A stretch of DNA of 63,937 bases from Pseudomonadota bacterium (GCA_041163105.1 JBEARP010000109.1:1-63937), one strand, 5' to 3'. Shown: positions 11,892-23,653, counted from the stretch's first letter. Made by a program: numbers and translations. The notes: a model not told the origin generated them from the sequence alone.

Positions 11892-14647
11892 TCACCGCAC
11901 AAGCTGCAAAGTGCGTCATCAGTCGGGAACAGTTGCGGTCCGAGTTGACCGCGGCCGCCGGGCAGGCCGGTACGGCCAAGGCCGAATTGCGTCCAGCCAT
12001 CGTGAAGATCCTGAAGTCGGCACTCGAACAATCCCACTTGCTGGCTGAGCAACAGCTCATTGCAGATGGCGAAGGAACACGGTGTGCCGAGTCGCTCAGT
12101 CTTGCAGAAGACGAGATCATCCGAAGCCTGTTTGACCTCGCCAGCAACCATTTGTTTCCGGCAAAGGGTAGCGAGGAAAAAATAGCGGTGGTCGCTGTCG
12201 GCGGTTATGGACGCGGCACGCTGGCACCCGGATCCGACATCGACCTCCTCTTCGTGCTCCCTGCACGCCAGACCGAGCGGGTCCAGAACATCGTCGAATT
12301 CCTTCTCTATTGCCTATGGGACACACGTCAGAAGGTCGGCCATGCAACACGCAGCATCGATGAGTGCATCCGCCTCGCAAAGTCCGACAACACGATTCTG
12401 ACGGCTATTCTGGAGGCGCGCTACATTTGCGGCAACGAAGCGTTGTTCGAAAGGCTGGTCACCGAGTTCCGCCGCGAGATCGTGTCAAAGGGAGCAAAGG
12501 ACTTCATCTCAGACAAGCTCGGCGAACGGGATCTACGGCACCTCAAGGTGGGTGAAAGCCGCTACATCGTCGAGCCGGACGTGAAGGACGGAAAGGGAGG
12601 CCTTCGTGATCTGAACACACTGTTCTGGATCGCCAAGTACATCTACGCCACGAATTCAACGGACGAACTGGCTGAGAACGGCGCATTCAGCCATGAGGAA
12701 CTTGCCAGCTTCAAGAAGTGCGAACGCTTCCTCTGGGCAGTGCGTTGCCATCTGCATTTTCTGTCCAGGCGTGGCAATGATCGGTTGAGCTTTGATCGCC
12801 AGTCAGACATTGCCGAGAGGCTCGGCTACAAGGCGCATGGCGGATTGAAGCACGTCGAACGCTTCATGAAGCACTATTTTCTTGTGGCCAAGGACGTCGG
12901 CGATCTCACGCGCATATTGTGCGCGAGCCTCGAGGCGCAGCAGGTGAAAGATGCACCCGGTTTAGGCCGCGTTCTTGGGCGGCTGATTTCCAAGACATCC
13001 GGAACATTACGTGATGCGCCGGATTTTCGAGTGGAAAGTGGCCGAGTAGTGCCCAGCACGCCTGACATCTTCGTCAGGAACCCCGTCAATATAATTCGGC
13101 TCTTTGCCGTGGCCGGCCGGCATGGTGCGGAAATCCATCCTGACGCCCTGAAGCTCCTGCGGAAGTCGTTGGGCCTCATTCGCGGCATTCTCGACGACCC
13201 GGAAGCAAATGCGATCTTCCTCGAGCTGCTTACCGCCAGCGAGACGCCCGACATTGTACTGCGCATGATGAACGAGGCAGGTGTGCTTGGTCGATTCATT
13301 CCGGCATTCGGCCGGATTGTGGCGATGATGCAGTTCAATATGTATCATCACTATACTGTGGATGAGCACCTGATCCGTGCCGTGGGCCATTTGTCGGCAA
13401 TCGAGCGCGGACGGCTCTCCGAGGACCATCCGCTTTCAACTGCCATCTTCCCAACAATCACCAGTCGCCGGCTTCTTTATGTTGCCGTGTTCCTGCATGA
13501 CATTGCCAAGGGTCGGAAAGAGGACCACTCGATCGCCGGTGAACGCATCGCGCTGGAACTCTGCCCACGTCTGGGGCTTACCGCCTCAGAAACAGAAACG
13601 GTCGCCTGGCTCATCCGTCATCACCTGCTGATGAGCGAAACCGCACAAATGCGGGACCTGAATGACTTCAAGACCATCCTTGATTTCTGCGCCGTGGTGC
13701 AGAGCGTGGAGCGGTTAAAGCTGCTGATCATCCTAACGGTAGCAGATATCCGGGCCGTTGGGCCTGGCGTTTGGAACGGTTGGAAGGGCCAGTTGCTGCG
13801 CACACTCTACACGGAAGCCGAACCGGTGCTGACGGGCGGTCACACTGCCGTTTCCCGCAAGGAGCGGGTGGCTGCTGCGCAGGCTGCGTTCTTTGATCGC
13901 ATGCCAGGCTGGAGCCTGGAGCAGAAAGCCGCATACGCAGCGCGCCACTATGACGCCTACTGGCTTGGGAGCTCCACCGAGAAGCAGGTGAAGCACGCAG
14001 AGCTGATAGATGGCGCCTCGCCCAAGAGCGTTGTGACCAGCTTCGAGACTGACGCTTTCACCGCCATTACAGAGCTCTCCATCTATACTCCTGACCATCC
14101 GCGTCTGCTGGCCCTCATCACGGGAGCATGCGCGGCAGCCGGCGCCAACATTGCAGGCGCCCAGATCTTCACAACGACCGATGGCATGGCGCTCGATACC
14201 ATCCTCATTCAGCGCGAATTCGCCGAGGAAGAGGATGAGCGGCGGCGGGCGGAGCGCATCGCTGAGCTGGTGCGCAAGGCGCTGCGCGGCGAACTTTGGC
14301 TGAAAGAGGCAGTGGCGCGTGCCTACAAGCCTCAGCAGCGCATCAAGGCCTTCACGGTGGAGCCCCGCGTCATCATAGACAACCAATCCTCGAACCGCTT
14401 CACGGTGATCGAAATCAACGGGTTGGATCGTATCGGACTGCTCTACGACCTGACCGAGGCGCTCTATAAGCTCAACCTGAATATCGCCTCGGCGCATGTC
14501 ACGACCTTTGGTGAAAAGGCCGTGGACGTTTTCTACGTGACCGACCTGACGGGTGCGAAGATCGAGAACACAACGCGTCACAAGCAGGTTGAGAGTGCGC
14601 TGGCCAACATTCTCAAACCTGCCCCATCCACGCCGGTAAAGGCCTGA
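11888..14647 (+). CDS. glnD: [protein-PII] uridylyltransferase/uridylyl-removing enzyme
   Basis: AVGGYGRG, SDIDLL, GGLRD, HHYTVDEH, HD domain, two ACT domains. Confidence 0.97.
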   Translation: MITAQAAKCVISREQLRSELTAAAGQAGTAKAELRPAIVKILKSALEQSHLLAEQQLIADGEGTRCAESLSLAEDEIIRSLFDLASNHLFPAKGSEEKIAVVAVGGYGRGTLAPGSDIDLLFVLPARQTERVQNIVEFLLYCLWDTRQKVGHATRSIDECIRLAKSDNTILTAILEARYICGNEALFERLVTEFRREIVSKGAKDFISDKLGERDLRHLKVGESRYIVEPDVKDGKGGLRDLNTLFWIAKYIYATNSTDELAENGAFSHEELASFKKCERFLWAVRCHLHFLSRRGNDRLSFDRQSDIAERLGYKAHGGLKHVERFMKHYFLVAKDVGDLTRILCASLEAQQVKDAPGLGRVLGRLISKTSGTLRDAPDFRVESGRVVPSTPDIFVRNPVNIIRLFAVAGRHGAEIHPDALKLLRKSLGLIRGILDDPEANAIFLELLTASETPDIVLRMMNEAGVLGRFIPAFGRIVAMMQFNMYHHYTVDEHLIRAVGHLSAIERGRLSEDHPLSTAIFPTITSRRLLYVAVFLHDIAKGRKEDHSIAGERIALELCPRLGLTASETETVAWLIRHHLLMSETAQMRDLNDFKTILDFCAVVQSVERLKLLIILTVADIRAVGPGVWNGWKGQLLRTLYTEAEPVLTGGHTAVSRKERVAAAQAAFFDRMPGWSLEQKAAYAARHYDAYWLGSSTEKQVKHAELIDGASPKSVVTSFETDAFTAITELSIYTPDHPRLLALITGACAAAGANIAGAQIFTTTDGMALDTILIQREFAEEEDERRRAERIAELVRKALRGELWLKEAVARAYKPQQRIKAFTVEPRVIIDNQSSNRFTVIEINGLDRIGLLYDLTEALYKLNLNIASAHVTTFGEKAVDVFYVTDLTGAKIENTTRHKQVESALANILKPAPSTPVKA

Positions 14648-14652
14648 GACTC

Positions 14653-16209
14653 ATGTCCCTTCTCAAATCTGCAGCGACCGTCGGAGGACTCACACTGGTG
14701 AGCCGCGTGCTCGGCTTCGTGCGCGACCAGCTAATCGCCTTTGTGCTTGGCACGGGATTCGTTGCCGAAGCGTTTTTCGTGGCCCAGCGTTTTCCAAACC
14801 TCTTCCGGGCACTTTTTGCAGAGGGAGCGTTCAACAACGCGTTCGTTCCACTCTTCGCCAAACGCGTTGAGGGCGAGGGCGAAGCCAAGGCATTGGATTT
14901 TGCCATCGATGTTTTCTCATTCCTGCTTGCGTGGCTCATCGTGTTCTCAGCGGTCGCGATGATGGCGATGCCTCTGGTGATCTATGTGATCGCCCCCGGC
15001 TTCAAAGCAGACAGCGAAACCTTCCAGTTGACCGTCGACCTCACCCGCATCTGCTTTCCCTATTTGCTCTTCATGTCTCTGACCGCGCTGCAGTCAGGCG
15101 TTCTCAACAGCCTCAACCGCTTCACGGCGGCAGCAGCTGCGCCGATCCTGCTCAATGTCGTGATGATTGCATCGAACGTCGTGGCATGGTTTCTGGCCAC
15201 GGGAAACACGCCGGAAACCGGATATATCTTCGCCTGGGGTCTGTTCGCTTCAGGAATTGCACAGTTTATGTTGCTCGCCATCGCCTGCCGACGCGCCGGT
15301 ATGCGTCTTGTGCCCCGCTGGCCGCGACTCACCCCGGACGTGAAGAGGGTCATCAAGCTCTCGGTACCTGGGATCGTGTCAGGCGGCGTTATGCAGATCA
15401 ACCTTCTGGTCGCCACGATGATCGCGACAACGCTGCCCAGTGCCGTGGCCTTCCTCTACTATGCAGACCGTCTCTACCAACTGCCGCTCGGCGTAATCGG
15501 GGTGGCCATCGGCGTTGTGCTGCTGCCTGACCTGTCCCGCCGTTTGCGAGCAGGCGACGATTCAGGAGCACTCAACAGCCAGAACCGCGCGCTCGAACTC
15601 TCGATGTTCCTGACACTGCCGGCGGCGATCGCCCTGATGGCCATTCCACATCCCATCATCCATACGGTTTTCGAGCATGGAGCCTTTACCCGGAGCGATA
15701 CCTTCGCTGTGGCACCAGCCCTCCTCGCCTTTGCCTCTGGCCTTCCTGCCTTTTCGCTGTCCAAGGTGTTCCAGCCGGGATTCTACGCCAGGGAAGATAC
15801 CAAGACGCCGATGCGCTTTGCCGTGATTTCGGTAATCGTCAATGTCGTGGGCAGCGTACTTCTCTCGCGGGTGATGGGGCATGTTGGGATTGCGCTTGCA
15901 ACCTCGCTTGCTGCGTGGGTCAACGCCGTGCTGCTCGGCATTACGCTTTCGCGACGGGGGTTGTTCACGCTGGACGAGCGAGCGCGCAAGCGCCTGCCGC
16001 GGATTGTCGCAGCCGCCCTTCTGATGGGTGCCCTGCTGCTGGCGGGAGCCTGGGCACTGAAAGGCAATTATGCCGAGAATGCCGGCTTTCTGGCTGCTGC
16101 ATGGGGGCTGGCAGTACTCGTCTCGGGTGGGGTCGTGAGTTATTTCGTGCTCGCCCATGTGACTGGTGCAATGCGCCTCTCCGAGTTCAAGTCAATGCTG
16201 AAACGCTAA
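14653..16209 (+). CDS. murJ: Lipid II flippase MurJ
   Basis: SRVLGFVRD, PNLFRALFAEGAF, YYADRLYQLPLG, FYAREDTKTP. Confidence 0.97.
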   Translation: MSLLKSAATVGGLTLVSRVLGFVRDQLIAFVLGTGFVAEAFFVAQRFPNLFRALFAEGAFNNAFVPLFAKRVEGEGEAKALDFAIDVFSFLLAWLIVFSAVAMMAMPLVIYVIAPGFKADSETFQLTVDLTRICFPYLLFMSLTALQSGVLNSLNRFTAAAAAPILLNVVMIASNVVAWFLATGNTPETGYIFAWGLFASGIAQFMLLAIACRRAGMRLVPRWPRLTPDVKRVIKLSVPGIVSGGVMQINLLVATMIATTLPSAVAFLYYADRLYQLPLGVIGVAIGVVLLPDLSRRLRAGDDSGALNSQNRALELSMFLTLPAAIALMAIPHPIIHTVFEHGAFTRSDTFAVAPALLAFASGLPAFSLSKVFQPGFYAREDTKTPMRFAVISVIVNVVGSVLLSRVMGHVGIALATSLAAWVNAVLLGITLSRRGLFTLDERARKRLPRIVAAALLMGALLLAGAWALKGNYAENAGFLAAAWGLAVLVSGGVVSYFVLAHVTGAMRLSEFKSMLKR

Positions 16210-16233
16210 GGTTTTGGGGCTAGAGTTCCTGAC

Positions 16234-17001
16234 ATGACAGACGACAGAAACGAACGGGACGTCGCCTTTGGCTTTCGGCAGGTGGGCGAAGGCGAAAAGC
16301 AGGGCCTCGTGAACGAGGTCTTCTCCAAGGTCGCCGAACGCTACGACCAGATGAATGACTTGATGTCTGGCGGCCTCCACCGATTGTGGAAGGATGATTT
16401 CGTGGCCATGCTCAATCCGCCAAGAGGGCAGACTGCCTTCAACCACCTCGACGTGGCCGGCGGCACTGGCGACATCGCCTTCCGCATTCTGAAGGCGGGT
16501 GGGCCGAATGTCCGGGTGGCGGTTGCCGACATCTCACCCGAAATGGTGGGTGAGGGGCGAAAGCGCGCCGAGGCGGACGGTCTCCTCGGCCGCTGTAGCT
16601 TCACTGTCGGCAACGCGGAGGCACTGGCTTTTCCCGACAAGAGCTTCGATGGCTATACCATCGCTTTCGGCATCCGTAACGTAACCCACATCGACAGGGC
16701 GCTGTCCGAGGCCTACCGCGTACTAAAGCCGGGTGGACACTTCCTCTGCCTTGAGTTCAGCCAGGTGGACGTACCACTGATGGATAAGGTCTATGATGCC
16801 TATTCCTTCACGGTCGTTCCCGCCATTGGCAAGGTCGTGACGGGCGATGGTCACCCCTATCGCTATCTGGTCGAATCGATCCGAACCTTTCCCAAGCAGG
16901 ACGACTTCAAGGCGATGATCGAGGATGCGGGCTTTTCCAATGTCTCCTACCGCAACCTCACAGGAGGCGTGGTGGCGATTCATTCAGGTTGGCGCGTCTG
17001 A
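16234..17001 (+). CDS. ubiE: Ubiquinone/menaquinone C-methyltransferase UbiE
   Basis: [39 protein letters not shown]. Confidence 0.97.
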   Translation: MTDDRNERDVAFGFRQVGEGEKQGLVNEVFSKVAERYDQMNDLMSGGLHRLWKDDFVAMLNPPRGQTAFNHLDVAGGTGDIAFRILKAGGPNVRVAVADISPEMVGEGRKRAEADGLLGRCSFTVGNAEALAFPDKSFDGYTIAFGIRNVTHIDRALSEAYRVLKPGGHFLCLEFSQVDVPLMDKVYDAYSFTVVPAIGKVVTGDGHPYRYLVESIRTFPKQDDFKAMIEDAGFSNVSYRNLTGGVVAIHSGWRV

Positions 17002-18563
17002 TGTTCTCCGAAATCCGCCATAGCTTCGCCCTCCTGCGCGCGGGCCGCACGCTTGCGGCTTATGATGCATTGATGACACCGGAGCAGATCAGCCAATTGC
17101 CTTGGGCGGCACGGCTCGGACTTTCCGTTGCGAAGTTTGGAACGCGCAAAACCCAGAAGGACGGCGAAAACGCCGTTGCTGCGGCCCTTTCATCCCTTGG
17201 TCCCAGCTATATCAAGTTGGGCCAGTTCCTGGCAACGCGCCCCGATCTCGTTGGCCCACACCGCGCCTTCGAGCTGAAAGCTCTGCAGGACAGACTTCCA
17301 CCCTTCCCGACACCCACGGCAAAGCAGATCGTGCGGGACAATCTCGGCGCACCCGTCGACGTCCTGTTCACAGAGTTTGGTCCACCCGTTGCGGCCGCAT
17401 CGATTGCCCAGGTGCACAAGGCGCGAAGCCAGGACGGCCGTGAGCTTGCCGTCAAGGTCTTGCGCCCAGGCGTCGGAAAGCGTTTCGCTGCCGATCTTGG
17501 CAGCTTCTACTTTGCTGCCCGCCTCATGGAGCGCTTCAGTGCCGAGGGACGCAGGCTGAGACCAGTTGCCGCAGTGAACATGCTCGAGCAATCCATGAAG
17601 CAGGAGCTCGATCTTCGCATGGAGGCCGCGGCCCTTTCCGAGATGGCTCAGAACACCAGAGACGACCCTGGCTTTCGCGTGCCGAAGGTCGATTGGGAGC
17701 GCACCAGCCGTGACGTGTTGACCACCGAGTGGATTGACGGAACGCCAATCGCCGATGTAGCTGCGCTTCGCGCGCAGGGGTTCGATCTCGTCAAGCTTGG
17801 CGATACCGTGATCCAGAGCTTTCTGCGTCACGCGATCCGCGATGGCTTCTTCCATGCGGACATGCACCAGGGCAACCTGTTCGTGGATCGAACAGGCAAT
17901 CTCGTGGCAGTGGACTTCGGCATTGTCGGGCGGTTGGGTCCAAAAGAGAGCATGTTTCTCGCCGAGATCCTCTACGGCTTCATCACGCGCGACTATCTTC
18001 GTGTGAGCCAGGTCCATTTCGAGGCAGGCTATGTGCCTCGGCATCACGATCCGGCGGTCTTTGCCCAGGCCATCCGCTCCATCGGGGAGCCGATCATGGA
18101 CAGGCCTGCCAATCAAATCTCCATGGCGAGGCTCCTCACCCAGCTTTTTGAGATAACCGCCCAATTCGACATGCAGACCCAGCCGCAGCTTCTCCTGCTG
18201 CAGAAGACCATGGTGGTGGTCGAAGGCGTGGCTCGTACCCTGAATCCGGACCTCAACATGTGGGTAACGGCCGAACCCGTCGTCGGCAGCTGGATCAAGC
18301 GCCAGCTGGGACCCGCTGGAAAGCTCGAGGAGGCGGCTGGCTCACTTGGTCAGCTCCTGACCAGCTTCCCCGGCATGCTGGAAGACGCGAGGCGCGCCAC
18401 CAGCATGCTCTCGGACATGGCAGCCACAGGCGGCCTCAGGCTGGACCGGGAAACAACCGAACAGCTTGCCCTGTCGCAGTCCCACCACACCCGCTGGACG
18501 CGAATCTGGCTGGCGCTGGGCGCCATATCCCTGGCTGCAATCGCCATTAAGCTCGTCACCTGA
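17001..18563 (+). CDS. ubiB: Ubiquinone biosynthesis kinase-like protein UbiB
   Basis: YIKLGQ, AASIAQVH, FFHADMHQGN, DFG; TGATG overlap with ubiE. Confidence 0.96.
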   Translation: MFSEIRHSFALLRAGRTLAAYDALMTPEQISQLPWAARLGLSVAKFGTRKTQKDGENAVAAALSSLGPSYIKLGQFLATRPDLVGPHRAFELKALQDRLPPFPTPTAKQIVRDNLGAPVDVLFTEFGPPVAAASIAQVHKARSQDGRELAVKVLRPGVGKRFAADLGSFYFAARLMERFSAEGRRLRPVAAVNMLEQSMKQELDLRMEAAALSEMAQNTRDDPGFRVPKVDWERTSRDVLTTEWIDGTPIADVAALRAQGFDLVKLGDTVIQSFLRHAIRDGFFHADMHQGNLFVDRTGNLVAVDFGIVGRLGPKESMFLAEILYGFITRDYLRVSQVHFEAGYVPRHHDPAVFAQAIRSIGEPIMDRPANQISMARLLTQLFEITAQFDMQTQPQLLLLQKTMVVVEGVARTLNPDLNMWVTAEPVVGSWIKRQLGPAGKLEEAAGSLGQLLTSFPGMLEDARRATSMLSDMAATGGLRLDRETTEQLALSQSHHTRWTRIWLALGAISLAAIAIKLVT

Positions 18564-18605
18564 CGGCGGTTGGCAGGCCGCTGTCTTTGCTGGCATAATG
18601 CCGCC

Positions 18606-19829
18606 ATGACATCGCTGGCAGGAAAATCCGTACTCTTGATCATCGGCGGCGGCATCGCGGCCTACAAGACGCATGAGCTGGTTCGCCTGCTGAAGACGAG
18701 GGGCGCGGTGGTGCGCATCATCCTGAGCAAGGCGGCAGAGCAGTTCGTCACGCCGCTGTCGCTTGCCTCGCTCTCTGGCGAGAAGGTCTACACCTCGCTG
18801 TTCAGCCTCACGGACGAGGTTGAGATGGGCCACATCCAGCTCTCGCGCGCGGCAGACCTGCTCATCGTGGCTCCCGCTACCGCAGACCTGATGGCCAAGA
18901 TGGCCAATGGCCTCGCCGACGATCTGGCCTCAACGGCGCTCCTTGCCACGGACAAGCGCGTACTGATCGCGCCGGCAATGAACGTGCGCATGTGGCGGCA
19001 TCCGGCTACGCAACGAAACGCCGAAACACTGCGGCGCGACGGCGTCAGCCTGGTGGGACCCAATGACGGTGAAATGGCTTGCGGTGAGTTCGGGCCTGGC
19101 CGCATGGCAGAGCCCAATGAAATTCTCGCCGCCATCATCGATCTGCTGAAACCGAGGTCGCAGCCACTCACCGGTAAAAAGGTGGTCATCACAGCAGGTC
19201 CCACGCGCGAGCCCATTGACCCGGTTAGGTTCATTTCCAATCACTCCTCCGGCAAGCAGGGCTATGCCATAGCGAAGGCAGCGGTTGAGCTCGGTGCGGA
19301 AACGATTCTGATCTCCGGTCCTGTTTCGCTGCCGATCCCATCCGGCGTGCAGGTGATGCCGGTTGAGACGGCGCAAGAAATGCTGGAGATCTGCGAAGGC
19401 GAAATGCCGGCCGACATCGCGATCTTCACCGCTGCAGTTGCCGACTGGCGCGTCGCATCGGAAGCCCCCGAAAAGCTCAAGAAGACGAGTGGCGCAGCAC
19501 CCAGCCTGACGCTCACAGAAAATCCAGACATTCTCGCCACCATTTCGCGCAGCGCCAAGCGACCGCATGTCGTCGTTGGCTTCGCGGCGGAGACCGGCAA
19601 TGTCACCGAAAATGCATCACAGAAGCTGAAGAAAAAAGGATGTGATCTGATCGTCGCCAATGACGTCAGCAAGGGTTCTGGGGTCTTTGGCGGTGAACGC
19701 AATACCGTTCAGCTCGTCTCGGCTGCGGGCGTCGAGGATTGGCCGCAGATGAGCAAGGACGAAGTCGCACGGAAGCTGATTGAGCGGCTTGCCCAGATGC
19801 TGGTGCCACAGAACAAGGTTTCAGAATGA
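18606..19829 (+). CDS. coaBC: Bifunctional phosphopantothenoylcysteine decarboxylase/ligase
   Basis: [46 protein letters not shown]. Confidence 0.97.
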   Translation: MTSLAGKSVLLIIGGGIAAYKTHELVRLLKTRGAVVRIILSKAAEQFVTPLSLASLSGEKVYTSLFSLTDEVEMGHIQLSRAADLLIVAPATADLMAKMANGLADDLASTALLATDKRVLIAPAMNVRMWRHPATQRNAETLRRDGVSLVGPNDGEMACGEFGPGRMAEPNEILAAIIDLLKPRSQPLTGKKVVITAGPTREPIDPVRFISNHSSGKQGYAIAKAAVELGAETILISGPVSLPIPSGVQVMPVETAQEMLEICEGEMPADIAIFTAAVADWRVASEAPEKLKKTSGAAPSLTLTENPDILATISRSAKRPHVVVGFAAETGNVTENASQKLKKKGCDLIVANDVSKGSGVFGGERNTVQLVSAAGVEDWPQMSKDEVARKLIERLAQMLVPQNKVSE

Positions 19830-20266
19830 TCACCGTCGAAATCAAGCGGCTGCCAAGCAATCAGGATCTCCCACTCCCAGCCTATGAGACCGAAGGTGCA
19901 GCGGGAATGGATCTGCGGGCCGCGGAAGCTATAACGCTGAAGCCCGGTGCGCGTCACCTCGTTCCAACCGGTCTCTCGATTGCCTTGCCGCAAGGCTTTG
20001 AGGCGCAGGTTCGTCCACGCTCCGGGCTTGCGGTGAAGTACGGAGTGACAGTGCTGAATTCCCCCGGGACCATCGATTGTGACTATCGCGGCGAAGTGAA
20101 AGTGCCGCTCATCAACCACGGTCAGGAAGACTTCGTCATTGCCCGGGGTGACCGCATCGCCCAGATGGTGATCGCGTCCGTCACTCGTACCAACTGGTCG
20201 GAAGTGAGCACCCTTGGCGAAACGGAGCGCGGCGCAGGGGGCTTCGGTTCTTCAGGACAGCGCTGA
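19826..20266 (+). CDS. dut: dUTP diphosphatase
   Basis: [37 protein letters not shown]. Confidence 0.98.
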   Translation: MITVEIKRLPSNQDLPLPAYETEGAAGMDLRAAEAITLKPGARHLVPTGLSIALPQGFEAQVRPRSGLAVKYGVTVLNSPGTIDCDYRGEVKVPLINHGQEDFVIARGDRIAQMVIASVTRTNWSEVSTLGETERGAGGFGSSGQR

Positions 20267-21081
20267 TGGCACTGTCTCAGGACGAGATCGAACGCTACGC
20301 TCGACACCTCGTGCTGCATGAGGTAGGCGGCCCCGGCCAGAACAGACTCAAGGACACGAAAGTGCTTGTTGTCGGTGCAGGCGGCCTAGGCGCGCCGCTG
20401 CTATACTATCTCGCGGCAGCGGGTTTCGGCACCATCGGCATTGTCGACCACGATACGGTTAGTCTTTCCAACCTGCAGCGCCAGATCATTCACTCCACGG
20501 CGCGAGTCGGCATGCTCAAGACATCGAGTGCCCGCGAGACCATGCAAGGCCTCAACCCGCATGTAAGCGTGGTGGAGCACGCACAGCGCATCACCGCCGA
20601 GAATGCCCTCGACATCATCGATGGCTATGACATCGTGGCCGACGGCTGCGACAACTTCCCGACACGCTACCTCGTCAGCGATGCGTGCTTCTTCGCAAGG
20701 AAGACACTGGTGACGGCGGCGGTTGGACAGTTCGATGGCCAACTCTCGACCTTCAAGCCACACGAATCATCGCCGGAGGGAAAGCCCTGGCCGACCTACC
20801 GCTGCCTGATGGGCGATCTGCCGCCGCGCGGGCTTTTTCCGGCTTGTGAGGAGGCGGGGATACTTGGCGCATTGCCTGGGATCCTGGGGTCCATGCAGGC
20901 CATGGAGGTCATCAAGGAGATCCTTGGCATCGGCGACAGTCTTGCCGGACGTCTGGTGATGTATGACGCCCTCGCCACTCGCTTCTACGAAACGAAGCTG
21001 GCCTGGAACCCCGACAATCCACTGACCGGCCGCAAGCCGACAATCATGTCGCTCGAACAGTCGAACTATCTCGATCGCTAG
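20266..21081 (+). CDS. moeB: HesA/MoeB/ThiF family adenylyltransferase
   Basis: RYARH, GAGGLG, SNLQRQ, DGCDNF, ACEEAG. Confidence 0.88.
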   Translation: MALSQDEIERYARHLVLHEVGGPGQNRLKDTKVLVVGAGGLGAPLLYYLAAAGFGTIGIVDHDTVSLSNLQRQIIHSTARVGMLKTSSARETMQGLNPHVSVVEHAQRITAENALDIIDGYDIVADGCDNFPTRYLVSDACFFARKTLVTAAVGQFDGQLSTFKPHESSPEGKPWPTYRCLMGDLPPRGLFPACEEAGILGALPGILGSMQAMEVIKEILGIGDSLAGRLVMYDALATRFYETKLAWNPDNPLTGRKPTIMSLEQSNYLDR

Positions 21082-21085
21082 GGCG

Positions 21086-21907
21086 TCAGTTGGACTTGGT
21101 TTCGAGGGAACCGTTCTTGAGATCTTCCGGACGCGGCATCGAGATGATGTTGTAACCCGAGTCGACATAGTGGATCTCACCCGTCACGCCCCCGGAAAGC
21201 GGAGACAGCAGGTAGAGGCCTGCTCCACCAACCTCGTCAAGCGTGATCGTACGGCGAAGGGGAGCATGGTCCTGCTGAAAACTGAACATGGCTCGCGCAT
21301 CGCCGATGCCAGCCCCAGCCAGCGTACGCATGGGACCAGCCGAGATGGCATTCACGCGAATGCCCTGGGGACCATAGTCAGCGGCAAGATACCGAACTGA
21401 AGATTCCAGCGCCGCCTTGGCAACGCCCATGACATTGTAGTTTGGCATGACCCGCACAGAGCCACCATAGGTGAGCGTGACCAGCGAGCCGCCGTTGGGC
21501 ATGAGCGCAGCGGCGCGCTTGGCGATCTCAGTAAAGGAAAAACAGGAAATCACCATGGTGCGGATGAAGTTCTCGCGGGTGGTGTCGGCATACATGCCCT
21601 TGAGTTCGTTCTTGTCCGAGAATGCAATGGCGTGCACCACGAAATCGATGCTTCCCCATTTTTGCTTGAGCGTGTCGAAAACCGCATCGACTGTGCCGAC
21701 GTCCTCGACGTCACAGGGCAGCAACGTGGATGAACCAACAGACTCCGCCAGTGGCTTCACACGCTTGCCGAAGGCTTCTCCCTGGTAGGTAAAGGCGAGT
21801 TCCGCTCCGTGCTTGTGGAGCTGCTGGGCGATGCCCCAGGCAATCGAGTGGTCGTTCGCGACACCCATAATGAGCCCGCGGCGACCCGCCATCAGAGAAT
21901 TTGTCAT
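21086..21907 (-). CDS. fabI: Enoyl-ACP reductase FabI
   Basis: GVANDHSIAWGIA, YNVMGVAKAALE, RVNAISAGP. Confidence 0.97.
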   Translation of the reverse strand: MTNSLMAGRRGLIMGVANDHSIAWGIAQQLHKHGAELAFTYQGEAFGKRVKPLAESVGSSTLLPCDVEDVGTVDAVFDTLKQKWGSIDFVVHAIAFSDKNELKGMYADTTRENFIRTMVISCFSFTEIAKRAAALMPNGGSLVTLTYGGSVRVMPNYNVMGVAKAALESSVRYLAADYGPQGIRVNAISAGPMRTLAGAGIGDARAMFSFQQDHAPLRRTITLDEVGGAGLYLLSPLSGGVTGEIHYVDSGYNIISMPRPEDLKNGSLETKSN

Positions 21908-21914
21908 GTGCTGA

Positions 21915-23126
21915 TCAGCCGTTGTAGCGCTGGAAGACGAGGGTTGCGTTGGTGCCGCCGAAGCCGAAGCTGTTCGACATCACGGTGTTGAGTTTCGCAT
22001 TGTCGATGCGCTTGAGAACGATCGGCACGTCGGCGAACTCGGGATCGAGCTCCTCGATGTTCGCGCTCTCACAGATGAAGTTGTTCTTCATCATCAGGAG
22101 TGCATAGATCGCCTCCTGCACGCCCACCGCACCCAGCGAATGGCCGGTCAGCGATTTGGTGCTGGAGATGGGCGGGATTCTGTCGCCGAAGACGGCGCGG
22201 ATCGCCTCGATCTCCTTCTTGTCGCCAATCGGCGTCGAGGTGCCGTGCGGGTTGATGTAGTCAATGGTGCCGGCGCCGGCGATGGCCTGCTTCATGCAGC
22301 GGATGGCGCCTTCGCCCGAGGGCTGCACCATGTCGTAGCCGTCCGATGTTGCGCCATAACCGGTCAGCTCGGCGTAGATCTTGGCACCACGCGCCTTAGC
22401 GTGCTCGAGCTCCTCGAGCACCACGGTGCCAGCGCCGCCGGCGATCACGAAACCATCGCGGTTCCTGTCATAGGCGCGCGAGGCCTTGGCCGGCGTGTCA
22501 TTGTATTTGGACGACATCGCACCCATGGCATCAAACAGCACGGAGAGTGTCCAATCCAGTTCCTCGCCGCCACCTGCAAACATCACGTCCTGCTTGCCCC
22601 ACTGGATCAGCTCCGCCGCATTGCCAATGCAATGGGCTGAGGTGGCGCAGGCCGAAGAAATCGAATAGTTCACGCCGCGGATGCCAAAGGGTGTCGCGAG
22701 CGTTGCCGAATTGGTGCTCGACATGGCAGCTGGCACCGCGAAGGGGCCAACACGCTTCGGGCCCTTTTCGCGGGTCGTATCAGCCGCCTGAACGATGGTA
22801 CGGGTCGAAGGGCCGCCGGAACCCATGATGATCCCGGTGCGGTCATTCTTGACGTCCGACTCCTCAAGACCGGAATCGATGATCGCCTGCTGCATGGCGG
22901 CGTAGTTCCAGGCAGCGCCATCGCCCATGAAGCGACGAACACGGCGGTCGACGCTTTCGAGATCGAAGGAGGGCGCGCCATGCACCTGACAACGGAAGCC
23001 AAGCCTCTCGTAGTCCGCCGCTTTCACGATGCCGGACTTTGCCTCGAACAGCGAATTGAGGACTTCCTGCACATTGTTGCCGATGCTCGACACGATGCCG
23101 AGGCCGGTTACGACCACACGCCGCAT
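21915..23126 (-). CDS. fabB: Beta-ketoacyl-ACP synthase I
   Basis: [31 protein letters not shown]. Confidence 0.96.
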   Translation of the reverse strand: MRRVVVTGLGIVSSIGNNVQEVLNSLFEAKSGIVKAADYERLGFRCQVHGAPSFDLESVDRRVRRFMGDGAAWNYAAMQQAIIDSGLEESDVKNDRTGIIMGSGGPSTRTIVQAADTTREKGPKRVGPFAVPAAMSSTNSATLATPFGIRGVNYSISSACATSAHCIGNAAELIQWGKQDVMFAGGGEELDWTLSVLFDAMGAMSSKYNDTPAKASRAYDRNRDGFVIAGGAGTVVLEELEHAKARGAKIYAELTGYGATSDGYDMVQPSGEGAIRCMKQAIAGAGTIDYINPHGTSTPIGDKKEIEAIRAVFGDRIPPISSTKSLTGHSLGAVGVQEAIYALLMMKNNFICESANIEELDPEFADVPIVLKRIDNAKLNTVMSNSFGFGGTNATLVFQRYNG

Positions 23127-23140
23127 GCTGACTTCCTTTC

Positions 23141-23653
23141 TCAGGCCGTAGGCTGAAACAGCCCGACCTTCATATCGGTAACCTGATAGACCGTTTCACC
23201 ATCGGCCCTCATGATGCCGTTCGCGACCGCCATCTTGAGCTTGCGAAGAATCAGCCTCGTGACCTCGACTTCATAAGTGACTTTCCTGACGGCAGGAGTA
23301 ACCATGCCTGAGAGCTTTACCTCGCCTACGCCAAGGGCGCGGCCGCGGCCAGGTTCACCCAGCCAGCCAAGGAAAAAGCCTGTCATCTGCCACAACGCAT
23401 CGAGACCAAGGCAGCCAGGCATCACGGGGTCACCCTGGAAGTGGCAGCCAAAAAACCACAGGTCTGGTTTGATGTCGAATTCGGCGACAACCTTGCCGAG
23501 GCCTTGGGCGCCGCCATCCTTGGAAATCTCAGTGATCCGATCGAACATTAGCATCGGAGGAAGCGGAAGCTGGGCATTTCCTGGCCCGAAGAGCTCGCCG
23601 CGCCCGCAGGCCAGAAGATCCTCGTAATCATAGCTCGACTTCGGTTGGTACAT
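23141..23653 (-). CDS. fabA: 3-hydroxyacyl-ACP dehydratase/isomerase FabA
   Basis: [29 protein letters not shown]. Confidence 0.97.
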   Translation of the reverse strand: MYQPKSSYDYEDLLACGRGELFGPGNAQLPLPPMLMFDRITEISKDGGAQGLGKVVAEFDIKPDLWFFGCHFQGDPVMPGCLGLDALWQMTGFFLGWLGEPGRGRALGVGEVKLSGMVTPAVRKVTYEVEVTRLILRKLKMAVANGIMRADGETVYQVTDMKVGLFQPTA

